The notes below the pieces were generated by a model. That model saw only the letters and a program-made list of their open reading frames with translations. It was not told where the DNA came from and made no database searches. DNA of 60,582 nucleotides from Catajapyx aquilonaris (Eukaryota), in contig KZ538596.1 of NCBI GenBank assembly GCA_000934665.2, forward strand, positions 1 to 60,582, read 5' to 3'. Position 1 is the stretch's first letter; every line of letters starts with the position of its first letter. The position numbers and the translations under genes were made by a program. Positions 38,239 to 60,582 of the stretch are shown in pieces.

Positions 38239-40528
38239 CCCAGATATGCCGAGTGTGCCATATAGGGGACACTTGCACAGTTATTACATTTTAATTTTTT
38301 GCACAGGTTCTTCTGCTGCTAAAGAGCTGGCAGTAGTGATGGGGGCTTCAGTAGAGTCCCGGCTAACTATACAAGTTCAAACCTGCTCAATATTGCTTCA
38401 GATTTTTAAGATACAGGTGTTTGAATTTTAACACAGGAAATAATGGCTGCACCTCCACGTTCCGAAGACGATTAGTAATTAATTCTCGAATGTTGATTAG
38501 CATTGTGAGTTATTTTTTGTTTGTAATACTTAGAAAACTTATGAATGATGATGTCCATGTGGAAATATAGGCATATTTTTTACTTTCCTTGTCTGAGGGT
38601 GGAGTTGAAATCGGGTGTCCCCTATGAGGGACACTCGGCAAATGCACCACATGTGGACCGGCAAGTCAAGCACCGGTACCAGGGACCATATACTACATAA
38701 GAGGTGCAAACTTCTGTCGGCGCCTTTGATGTTCGCATCTCTCTGTTTATAGGGCGTTGCCAAGGCTGGCGGCCATCTTGAAGTGTGTGGTGCGCCAACG
38801 AGGTATGAATAGGGTACAGGCAAAAATAGGGTCCGCCATCTTTGATGATTTTGGCGGCCATGGCAACTACACGCCAAGAACACGCGCGAATTTGAATTCG
38901 ATATTGGAATGTGTAAGTAAATTGTTATTGCCGTGTATTGCCATGGCAGCCAAAACCATCAAAGATGGCGGATCCCCGCGGACCTTGACGGCCTGCCTGT
39001 ACCCTATTTATACCTCGTTGGCGCACCACACACTTCAAGATGGCCGCCAGCCTTCGCAACACCCTATAAACAGAGAGACATAAAAATCGAATGTTTTCGC
39101 CTCTTATGTGGTATATGCTCCCTGCCAGTACTCTAGGCTACTGTATGCGTCCGGATTTAGTCCGTTTTGTCGAACTGAATTTTTATGAATCCCAATTTTT
39201 AAAACGAGGGTTACCCGGCAACTGGGTTACCATGGCAACCATCGTAGCTATGCTGGTAACCCATTGCCATGTACAATCAAACATTATCATGCATACAAAC
39301 TTTCTCTTTTGGGTACAGTGAAGCCCAGTGGCGGATCTATGGGGGGGGGNNNNNNNNNNNNNNNNNNNNNNNNNNNNNNNNNNNNNNNNNNNNNNNNNNN
39401 NNNNNNGGGGGGGGGGGGAGTGCGGCGACAAATCACCTCACCCCCCCCCCCCACCCACCAACGACGTCTAGATCCACCACTGGTGAAACCTGTGTATAGC
39501 AGAATAGCACGGTGCCCTAGAAAAATCGTAATTGACAAGTTTCCGCTGAAAATGACGATTTTCCTAGTCATCAGCACCAAACGAGAAAGACGAGTGGAAG
39601 TGAATGCTGCAACGGCGCAAAGCATTGTGGGCAGAGAGTGGGGGAGGAAAAAAAGTGGCACTGTTGTTGCGGATCGCGCGCGAACCATTCAATGTCGGAC
39701 ATACATAGTACGGTATATCAGTCGTTTCCGCTATATTCGACACGGTATTTATGTCCTATACATACGCCCGTTCCCGGAAAAATTTCGCAATGGACAAGTT
39801 TTTGTAACACTCAGGGTACGTTATGGACAGGTTTCACTACATATTTATCTAGAGTGAATCCTGTCCATAACGGACCCTGAACGTAACCGAAACTTGCCTA
39901 TTATTGCGGAATTTTTCTGGTAACGGGCGTATGGAAAGTACACGATTTCCGAGTCGAATATAGCGGAAATTGTGTAATTTTCATACGCCAGTTACCAGAA
40001 AAATGCCGCAATAGGCAAGTTTCCATTATACACAGGGTCCGTTGTGGACAGGGTTCACTGTATATTTATAATACCGTACAGCGAAACCTGTACATATCTG
40101 ACTAGCAAGTGACTCTAAAATTCCGCAATGAGCAAGTTTCCGCTATACCCTCCTGAGACCCGAGAAGCCATTTTTCAGAATTTCATATTTTTGTTGCAAT
40201 CACTTATTGCAAATTTAGATGTCCTATATATAGGACACTGGGTCTTAGCTATAACATTCCTTCTCTATATTTTTCAATGGATTAAAAAAACACTTTCATC
40301 TTTATTTCAATACAGCAGCCTATATCTTACGTTTTCCTTGTATATACAGTATAGCCATACTAGATGTTACATTTGCCGAGTGTCCCCTATAGGGGACGGC
40401 ACTTTTCTTACAATCTAGCATTCCATAATTTTTTTTAGCATTTTTGTTGTGTTTTGGGGACTATCATGAACTAATAAAATCAAACAAAAACCAAAATTTA
40501 AACAAAAAATCTTTCAGGCATATCTGGG
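38239..40528. mobile_element. piggyBac-like non-autonomous element with nested insertions
   Basis: TTAA TSD, TIR CCCAGATATGCC, internal GTGTCCCCTATAGGGGAC-type palindromes near 38252, 38615 and 40380. Confidence 0.75.
39326..39482. mobile_element. hAT-type mini-MITE spanning an N gap
   Basis: TIR CAGTGG(C/T)GGATCTA, 8-bp TSD GTGAAGCC/GTGAAACC. Confidence 0.75.
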
Positions 40529-40727
40529 TTAAAGAGGCACAAAAATTTAATTTTGTGGGCATATGGAGGATAATGTTACAGAAAATCAAAAAGGTAGACA
40601 AAGATTTTATAGGCCTAAAGTGTAAATATAAGGTCACAAACCATAGCAAAAACTGAATAACAACTAGGCCTATAAACTGACAGAAAATCACAACACTCCG
40701 GCAAAAGACACAAAGTGCAAGCAAGTA

Positions 40728-40742
40728 ATAATAATAATAATA

Positions 40743-40799
<57 letters not shown>

Positions 40800-41129
40800 C
40801 CGGGGTAATGCCTGACCCTCTTGGGATATGTGGCATGGACCTTTATTGTATCTTTATTGTACATACACTGGAACCTGATTTTTGAAGCGCCCGGGCCCAC
40901 GGGCAGGATGACAGGAGGGGATGTGCAAGATGCAGTGAAATGTCTTAAACGTGGCCATTATTAGTGAACTCCCCCGGGTGGTTTAGTCTGTGGAAATACC
41001 ACCCGAGACGAAGCCAGAGGTGACCCTGAACTCTGCACGAGATGAAGGAGGTGTCTCCGGGTTGGGATCGAACCCAGGACCTTAACATCCGTGGGCGCAT
41101 ACGTTACCGCAGCACCACTCCGCCTCCCC
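40728..41129 (-). mobile_element. tRNA-derived SINE (family 2), full length
   Basis: Highly similar to the 27592 copy; 15-bp TSD AAGTGCAAGCAAGTA; 3' fragment of this family also at ~720-822. Confidence 0.92.
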
Positions 41130-41657
41130 AAGTGCAAGCAAGTATCACTTGCTCTGGACTCTTACCGCTTATAGCCCGTTTTCACTTGCACAGTACATGA
41201 ACAAATATTTTTTTATTGATTTTCATTAGTGAAATTATGTCGCCTGTCTGTGAGTATAACACTGCTGAGAGAAAATGACTTCTCTACATCACAGAAGAAA
41301 CTGGCCCAAATTTGTATAGTGGAACGTCCTCAACAGCTAATTTTGGTCCTTTCAGGAGCACAAAATATACTCTGTAAAAAACAAACATGCCTCTGAAGGA
41401 GTAGGTCTGGCATAGGCCCAAAAAGTCCCGAAATTGCTTTAAAAAGTTCCAAAAACTATCCCAAAAATGGCCAAATACACATGAAACGGCGCAAAAGGCC
41501 AGAATAGGGAAAATTGTTCCCAAACCCACGACATTGGCAAGCTATAAAACCTACATTTTCCACATCCTGCACTTATGAAATGGATAGATCTCGTCACAAA
41601 ACCATCCCAACTGTAAAAGAATTAAAGAGGCACTAACCTACAAATCCAGGCTTTAGA

Positions 41658-41817
41658 GGGTGACTCTAAAGTCAGGATACATAGGTAATTGGATTGTATT
41701 GTTGGTTTCCAGAACTTTGTGCCAACTAGTTGTTGAGTCAGTAAAGTCTGAGTTGGCACAGTTAGTAACCAACAATACAATCCAATAACCTACGTATCCT
41801 GACTTTAGAGTCACCCA
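41658..41817. mobile_element. 160-bp MITE
   Basis: ~50-bp TIR GGGTGACTCTAAAGTCAGGATAC.TAGGT.ATTGGATTGTATTGTTGGTT; related core at ~36460-36570. Confidence 0.8.
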
Positions 41818-42091
41818 GTACAGGGTGCAGATTTAATGTACTGTCACTTTGGAGGATGGTGAAGGTGTTCTAGCTCAGCATTTTAAGTATAAGCCTAGGT
41901 ATGCTGGGTCTCCACAGCCTAGTTAATCAGATAATCAATTTCAAACACATGGTATAAGATATCCTGGCAGGTATGGGTCTCCTCCGCATGACCTTACCTT
42001 TTCATTTAAATTTTAAGTGTAACCATGGAAAATTTAAGACACACTGCAATCCCATTAGGTGTAGCAGGCAATGGAAATACTACCTGTATAC

Positions 42092-42450
42092 CAGGGCTAT
42101 TCAACTGGCGGTCTGGATGCGGACCGCGATGCAATATTGTCCGGACCGCGACAATATACAGGACATTTGGAAAAGCATTAGAAATTACTAATTCATGATT
42201 TTTTTTTTGAAAAAGTGCTACCAATTTTTTCAAATATACACCCATTCAAATCTCCCACATTCACCTAAGCTCGTGTGACCTTCAACCCCCCCCTCCCCCC
42301 CCCCAAAAAAAAACATTTCGCCCTTTACAGCTTGTTCGCCTTGTGCTTATGAAATGGGTCCCCCTCCGAAATTTTTCTGCCTACGTGCCTGTACAGGACA
42401 TCATAACGGGCAATAATGTCTTAATATGTCCTGTCTTGATAGGCCCTTCT
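42092..42450 (+). mobile_element. hAT/Charlie-like MITE fragment
   Basis: Starts CAGGGCTATTCAACTGGCGG with repeated GGACCGCG; reverse-complement copy at ~59670-60160. Confidence 0.7.
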
Positions 42451-44022
42451 ACGCTTGCTGCCTTGCTGCACATGTTTCTATTTTCAAAAATGAACCCTGT
42501 GGCAGTGACGTAGCCGGGGGTGGGGGGCTGGCTGGTGGATTTTATTTTTTTAAATCATGTTTTCAAATTACCAATTCATGATTACCCGTGTACTATACTA
42601 TGTGATGTGTCTGCGACATAGAATATGCTATAATGCATTCTTTATTTAATGCTACTTCTCGGTAAAGTGGGCTCTACTCAGTCGGTCCGACTCCGACCGA
42701 ATTCGACCATCGGACCTTCTGTGTAAGTGGCATTCCGTGTCGAATCCGACGTCGTAGCCAGGGAGGCCAGCTCAAGTCACCTAGGCTGGTCGTAGAGGGG
42801 AGTGGGTGGGGCAAGACATCGTATTGACTGTGTGAATGACTGTCTGACTCATCCCGGCTCTCTGATTGGCTCGTGGTGCCTTCCCGTCGAACTTGCTGCC
42901 CCCCACACCACCTTCACCTCCACCTAAACATAGCAAACAAACTTGTCCCCCACCCTCCACAAAAGCGTGTCCCCCCACCTTCGAACATCTGACATCGAAC
43001 AGCAGACCTCTGTCTGAAGAGGGTGTCCAAAGCCTCTGAGTCGGAGAGTCTGAGTCGGAGTTGGACCGCCTGTGAAGAGCCCACTTAACTACAGTGCAAT
43101 CACCTGAACCAGATGTGCCAGCTTCAGGAAAATTTCGCCCAATCAGCTTAATTTTCGTCCCAATGCTAGTTACTGCTAACTTAGCAGTACCAGCGTCGGA
43201 AATGGTTACTGCTAAGTTAGCAGTAACAGTGGAACGAAAATACCACCCTTCATCTTTTACCAGCAGCTGTTGGGAATAGGCCTGGACTAGTGCATCCAAC
43301 AGGTGGTTGCTTCACTTTTAAAGCTGGACGCTAAGTTTAATTGCATGGCCCTAATTACGACATCAAAACAGTCGTTGTTCTGCCCATACAGCCGCCCTGC
43401 GCCCGTAAATTCTCACCAGATAAAGCGACGTGCCGCTCCGGCTGGGCCCTGGCTGCTGCTTGTAGTGCTTGGCTGGAAAGCTGGACGATGGAGGAGTGGC
43501 GGCAATGAGCAGCACAGTGCTACCTCCTTGCCCCTACTTCTTGTCGACGGCTTGACGGTTGACGCTACTGCGTGAAGTGCGTGCGCAACGCTACTACTCG
43601 TTGTTACTACCGTCCGCTACCGTCCCATGGAGTTCCTTGGTCCTACCGGTCCTACCACGCCGTCCTACCACGCTACTAAATACCTTAGTATGTTACTACG
43701 CTACCACGGACGCTACTCTACAACCGGCTACTCGGCTACTCCAGCTAATGACCCTGAGATATTACGACTTACGAGAATTTTATATGAATTTCAAAAATTA
43801 GTATGAAACTCAAAACTACTCATATGTAGTAATTCCTATGTGGCACCACTAGAGGGTGGTTGTTGACTGCATGAAAGATGGAGTCAACCTGTGCTGTAGC
43901 TTAGTGCATCGACCTTAGTGTGTCGTTGCTTAGCAATCCACCCGCTTTGTCATCGTGACGTTCTGAACTGCCGGACACTTGAGAGACGGGAGAGCCAAAG
44001 CAGACTCGCAGCAGATTCAGTC

Positions 44023-55006
<10,984 letters not shown>

Positions 55007-55932
55007 GTTATTTATGTTCCTTGATCATTTTTGTGTGCATTAAACCTCCTCCATTTCTTGGAGTTTTCAAACTGCCTCTTCTTTTCCACATAAAGTTCTT
55101 CAATTTGCAGCATTATGACAGTGTTATAGAGGAAAACATTTGCATTTTGACTCATAATCTTGATTCATTAAGATGAGACTAATGCAAATTGTCTAATGAA
55201 GGTTCAGTTGCAGTGCTAAGCAACTGCTAAGCATGTTTTGGTCAAATAAAAATGTTACTGCTATACATGTCTCATCATATGTTATTGTGGACTAGTTTCA
55301 TGTCAATTTTGTATCCTGTCAATGCTATGTCACTTCACTCCAGCCTCCACATCAGCTGTCTTCAATTGGTGTTCCATGAAAACCCAGGGTTCTTTGGGCC
55401 TCACCAACTGATTTTGCTAAGATAATTACAGTAATGGCTGGGCTGTATTAGTCAGGTAAACATTCTAATATTAATATTGGTACACTGTATGTCTGATTAT
55501 CTGTGCTAATGAATGCACAGGTGTGCCTGGATAATTGGAAAACATGGATAATCCAAAAATGGTCCTAGATACAGTAAAAATGGGCTTATGACAGGTTTTT
55601 AATGAACTATTGCACATACTGTAAGCTGCTTTAAATAATGTTTAATGAAAATAATGAAGCATATCACAGATTTTTTTTGTGTTCTGGAAAAAGTCTGTTG
55701 TATTTCTTTGTTTGCAAGACATTGACATTCTTTTGGACTTTTATTTCTAACCATTTTTTTGGCTCTGCACAGATAATCTGCACCCATATAATGGAGAGTC
55801 CATTGTAGTTATTTAGTCCATCCTCACACCCAAGAAGAAAATACTGGAAAGTAAGCCATGCATGTAATCAATTACAGAGAACCACACTGTTATTAGTCAT
55901 ATGTAAATGTGGTGTTTATACGTAATATTGTA

Positions 55933-56074
55933 CTATCGGGTTCAAATACTTTTGGCCACTTTATCCTGGTCTTGAAGCAACCCTTCGCACAGACCCCACA
56001 TTAAGGAGGTGAGTGTGTGTGACGGGTTGCTTCAAGACCAGGACAAAGTGGCCAAAAGTATTTGAACCCGATAG
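55933..56074. mobile_element. Palindromic TA-flanked MITE
   Basis: ~55-bp arms CTATCGGGTTCAAATACTTTTGGCCACTTT.TCCTGGTCTTGAAGCAACCC. Confidence 0.85.
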
Positions 56075-56424
56075 TAAATTGTATTGTGGAAAAACTTAGT
56101 AGAACCCTGATTATCCGACTCCTCGTTTTATACGACCGTCCTGCTCCAGCAATAAATGTATGTTTTCTCATCAATACACTAATGCAGGCTTACTAAGCAT
56201 TTGTTTTGTATTGCCTTAGTTAAATTTTAAACAGGGTGCATAATTATATAAATGATAAGTACTTCTCTATGTCTTAGAAAAGAGTAATATTGTACATTAT
56301 TTCAGGATTTTTTTAAATGCTTTTTGTTGTGTTTTCCTTTGCTCCTCGGATTATCCGACCTTTTCTGTTATCTGACAATGCCCCGGTCCTGTGGGTGATG
56401 GATAATTGGGGTTCTGTAATAATT

Positions 56425-56655
56425 GAGGTGCTCAGAGGAAGAACGGCATATCCCAACCGAACTCCAATTTTGAGTTAGTAGTGCTGTTGTACTCTCCTTC
56501 CATCTACCTTTCATGTGCTGAAGTACCAAATTAATACACATTCCACTTGTAAAATTTGTCCATAGCTTTAGTTGCATGGTAAAGCGAAACACAAAAAGCC
56601 ACTTTTTTCAAAACGAACTCCGGTTGGGATATGCCATTCTTCCTCTGAGCGCCTC
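56425..56655. mobile_element. Sola-like MITE
   Basis: AATT TSD; TIR GAGG(T/C)GCTCAGAGGAAGAA(C/T)GGCATATCCCAACCG. Confidence 0.78.
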
Positions 56656-57028
56656 AATTGTGTCCTGGCAAGCAGCGCCAATGTGGACATGGGTGGAAGC
56701 ATGCATGAGTGCAACTTGATTCATGCATGGTTCCACCAGTGCCCCTTGCTTGGCACTGCCTGCAGGGGTGCAAGGCAGTTTTTTTTCCCGGCATTGTGTA
56801 CAGGGATCAGGCTATGTTATGTATGTAAATCAAAAGGGTTTTGCAACAAGAAAAGGGTTGAACACTGCTGGTCTACAACATGACTGTTGGCAAATTTGCA
56901 CTTCAGTGTAGCAAAATTGCTTTGTGACGCAGAGGGTGCAGCACTGCAATTGGCACTGACAATACAACGCAGACAAACACTAGCCCACAAGAATGTTTAG
57001 CTGATAGTACTCCACATACGCATACAGA

Positions 57029-57723
57029 CAGGCCCATAGCCAGATGTTTTGGTCTGGGGGGGCCAGAAGAAATTCTGGAGTGGCATGCCCGCCCCCTCCC
57101 CTTGCTTCACCCGTGTTGATTCCAGCAAGTGAGAAATGAAAAGGAAAAATTGCCGAGGTGGAACATTTTCACATTTTATTCACAACTTGATTTACACTTA
57201 TACACTGTCATTTCTATATAGAGAAATTCAGCAGACATTTGCGCATGTAAGAGAAAGGGATTTTTTTGTTGTTTGCATTTTAGATGTGCTGTCCCCTGTA
57301 AAATATTTTTAAAACCTCTGCACGTGTGCCAACCCACCCCATTCCCGGGGCACGTTGGCGAAAGACATATGGACCCGAGATAAAAAGGTTTAATATTAAT
57401 TTTAATTAATAATAATTAAATTTCATATCAGCAACCGCCGCGCTCCATGGCATTTTTTGCCAATCGGAGAAAAAGTCTTCTGGAGATATTTTCTTTGTAA
57501 GCTGCGCTTCCACTGCGAGTTGTGTCTAGGACAATTTGCGAGCTGAGGACATGCACCCTCTCTGTGGCCATAGAACTCGCGTCAAAACAGAGAAGCAGCT
57601 TTCCCAAGTTGCTGCTGATGTTCCAAACGTTAGAGCTACAATACAGATCTGTGCAAGTTAGGAAATGCTGCGTTGGGGGGGGGGGGGGGNGGGGGGGGGG
57701 GGGTGCTATGGGCTATGGGCCTG
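57029..57723. mobile_element. hAT-type MITE
   Basis: TIR CAGGCCCATAGCC, 8-bp TSD CATACAGA/CATACATA. Confidence 0.78.
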
Positions 57724-58263
57724 CATACATATTATCAGTTAAATGAGCTTTATGCCCACTCCCTCTCTTCCCTCTTATACTGGCCTTCATTATTGAAAAT
57801 AATGTGTCTAATTATGCAAAATTGCATTGTTAGTAGACAGGTTATTGCCATGAAATCAGTTGATATCGGTCTACCAGAAGTCAACTTGATTGATGTTTCA
57901 ACTAAGCATTTTCTGTAATTCATGCCAGAAGCCCGTTAATCATCCCTCAACTTTCCCCAGTTGCTTGGTTCATCCACTCATGTGATACACGTCACTGGTT
58001 TAGAGCAGTGAATCTCCAAGCATGAGCATGGCCCACCAGTTGACTGCGAAGAGTGGAGGGTAATGGTACACAAACTATTTGGTTCATAAAAGTTAATGAC
58101 ATGCACTTCCAAATCGAGGAATAGATTGGACTCATGGTGCTTGATCTTCCTAACTAGCCAAGTGAAAAATGTTGGAGAGCCATCGATTTAGGCTGAGTTG
58201 AATCACCCCTGGAGGTAATCATAAACCATATGTCATAATCTAGCATATGATATCTATTGTTAA

Positions 58264-58526
58264 CCCTGGAACCGTGACGTGCCTATGAGTATTATGGCAA
58301 CCATGCCCACCATATTTTAATTTTTATTAATTATTATATAATACTTTTCAATGTATTGACTATATACAATCATTCTTTGAACAATGCCTAAAATGATCGC
58401 TAATTCAAAATAAACCTGCACTTCCTGTTATATACTGTAAAAAAATTGCAAAAGTTCATTGTAATGATCATTTTAATACATTTTTTTCCTTGGGGTCCAT
58501 AAAGACCCCACGACACGGTTCCAGGG
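58264..58526. mobile_element. piggyBac-like MITE (same family as 26208, opposite orientation)
   Basis: TTAA TSD, TIR CCCTGGAACCGTG.CGTG. Confidence 0.88.
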
Positions 58527-58781
58527 TTAACACAATCAATTATACAGGGTGTTCCAAGTATATTAGTACTTTTATGTTACAGAAAATTTATTTTCTCGAA
58601 GCTGTTATTTTCTGTAGCTTGCTGCACCCCTAACCAGATGCCCAATTCTATAGCAACTGCTATATATTTGAGCACGTGGGAGTAATGGGGCAACAGCATC
58701 AGGGTGCAACAAGCTACAAAAAAAAAAATAACTAAAAACAACACACAAACTTGGAATGCCTTGTACATTTGATAACATTCC

Positions 58782-59072
58782 CTAGACCTCGGTCAACAAT
58801 CTACCTTCAGCAGTATCGATACATTCAAGGTACTGTGGCATAGTGTTGTTGGTTTTGTGCTCAATAGGAATAACTGGCAGCACTTGGAAGCCATCAAAGG
58901 AAATAATGGGATACCAAATTCCTATATCTGTTATTTGGAAACTCCACAGTTGTATCTCGCATTCACCTCCAGTGAATTCGAGTTCAGAATTATTTGCACT
59001 ACTGCTGCTACTTCCAGGGAAGGAAAAAGGTTGGGCTGGGAGTTGATGGGGAACAGGTGACATCCACATCAC
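58782..59072 (-). CDS. Candidate terminal coding exon of an unidentified gene
   Basis: Pyrimidine-rich acceptor (cttccccacctctcgccctag) directly before a 96-codon open frame ending LLTEV-stop; no homology recognised. Confidence 0.3.
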   Translation of the reverse strand: MMWMSPVPHQLPAQPFSFPGSSSSSANNSELEFTGGECEIQLWSFQITDIGIWYPIISFDGFQVLPVIPIEHKTNNTMPQYLECIDTAEGRLLTEV

Positions 59073-60455
59073 CTAGGGCGAGAGGTGGGGAAGTAATCAG
59101 TATTGGTCAGGTATTTAGTTACAGCTGTAGGGGCAAATGTGGGATTACCAAAAGAAACAGCTATAGCATTAGCAAGTGCTTTCCCCCCTGTATAATATTA
59201 CCAGTAATCTCAAATTATTTAGACAATGCATTTTGTGACAGTTCTTATACTCATGACATCTAAAGGTACTGTACTGTACACTCTCATGATGCAATTGACC
59301 AAAATAGCATTCCAAAATCACACTTTATCTTGTGCTTCTAGGTACAGATAATTTATTCAGCCAGAAAATAGTGTTGATGTCACAGGCCTGTGTAATTGCT
59401 TGTTCCATATATTGCATACCATACCGAAATTGTAGGTTTCTCCTTTTTATTAATATTGTTGTCAACAGTTAGGCCTAATAACCACCAGAAGGCATTGTTT
59501 TTTTTAAATAAAAAAACGCCGAGTTTGGTGTTCTGTCTGCCTTTAACCTGTGTTTCCTGCATTTAAAAAATTCAGCCACTATTTCCAAACTGGCATTATA
59601 TGTCACTCAGTCACACATTAACACAGGGGTATATTCAACTAGTTTCTGACAAGGTCCAGTATTTACCTTTCCTGGGCCATTGAAGGTCCGGACCCCCCCC
59701 CCCCNNNNNNNNNNNNNNNNNNNNNNNNCCCCCCCCCCCCGGATAAAAATATATAGATTTTATAATAATTATGGTACCACAGGGTTCATGTTCGAAAATA
59801 TAAACATGTGCAGCAAGGGTATGAGGGCCTATCAAGACAGGGCATATTAAGACAATTTCGCCCTTTTTATGATGTCCTGCACAAGCGCATAGGCAGAAGA
59901 ATTTCGGAAGGGGGTGCCATTTCGTAACCAAAAGGTGAACAAGCCGTAAAGGGCGGGGAACGAGCCCGCCGCAGGCGAAATTTTTTGGGGGTGAGGTGAG
60001 GAGCTTAGATGAGATGTGGGAGATTTGAATGGGTGTGAATTTGATGAAATTGGTAGCTCTTTTTCCAAAAAAAATCATGAATTAGTAATTAATCATGCTA
60101 TTTCAAACTGTCATGTATATTGTCGCGGTCCGGACAAAATTGCGTCGCGGTCCGCCAGTGGAATATATCCCTGCATTAACATTTTACTCCGAATTGAATG
60201 CAACTCCAGCCTTTTTTGGTACCACACACCACACTCCGCATAATTTATTCCAGCCAATTTTTGTACCTGCATTAGCAAATATATACCCCCATAACAATTA
60301 CACTTTTAAAAAAACACGTCATCGCATACTTCCAGTTCGTACCCAAGTTCATGCAACGGCGAAGGGGTCAACCACATTCCGTTTCCCCTGGCCCATGACA
60401 TTACCCTGCTCAAAACTTTGCCCCTGATAATGAAGAGCACAATGCACGCTCGCCT

Positions 60456-60558
60456 TGACGTCAAGGCAGTGGATTCAAAATGGCCGGCACTACCCCCTCC
60501 CCCCCGTGTGCAATTTCGTTACGTCACTTTGACGTCATCCCTGACGTCAGGGGGCGGG
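60456..60558. promoter_or_regulatory. CRE/ATF-site cluster with GC box
   Basis: TGACGTCA at 60456, 60530, 60542; TTACGTCA at 60519; CAAAATGGC at 60476; GGGGCGGG near 60551. Confidence 0.5.
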
Positions 60559-60582
60559 CAGGCGTGTAAAATTGTCGAGGGG

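Noticed and set aside
42781..43299. 172-aa minus-strand ORF
   Set aside because: Non-ATG start, crosses a palindromic insertion, and the paralogous copy at 26 kb does not preserve it.

Overview
Eukaryotic (arthropod, probably insect) genomic DNA: AT-rich, spliced genes, dense transposon litter and several N-gaps; no prokaryotic operon, CRISPR array or rRNA/tRNA gene. Four spliced genes can be rebuilt with phase-consistent GT-AG junctions: (1) a divergent Munc13-4/BAIAP3-type C2A-MUN-C2B gene on the minus strand (15347..2545, 14 coding exons, ~1120 aa) whose C2 domains lack most canonical Ca2+-binding aspartates; (2,3) two tandem paralogous F-box/LRR genes on the minus strand (24582..21851 and 35682..30370, 386/387 aa); (4) proteasome AAA-ATPase Rpt3/PSMC4 on the plus strand (44023..55006, 6 exons, 416 aa), head-to-head with the F-box pair. 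Two further minus-strand coding candidates are speculative. Introns and intergenic DNA hold at least four tRNA-derived SINE families and many non-autonomous DNA transposons (hAT, Tc1/mariner, piggyBac-like, Harbinger-like, Kolobok-like, Sola-like, Ginger2-like), often nested or folded into long palindromes. I found no convincing new biological system; the best leads are the putatively Ca2+-insensitive Munc13-4 paralog, the diverging F-box/LRR duplicates with a duplicated upstream module beside Rpt3, and repeated formation of foldback MITEs from transposase 3' ends. All coordinates were read by eye and no database search was run.
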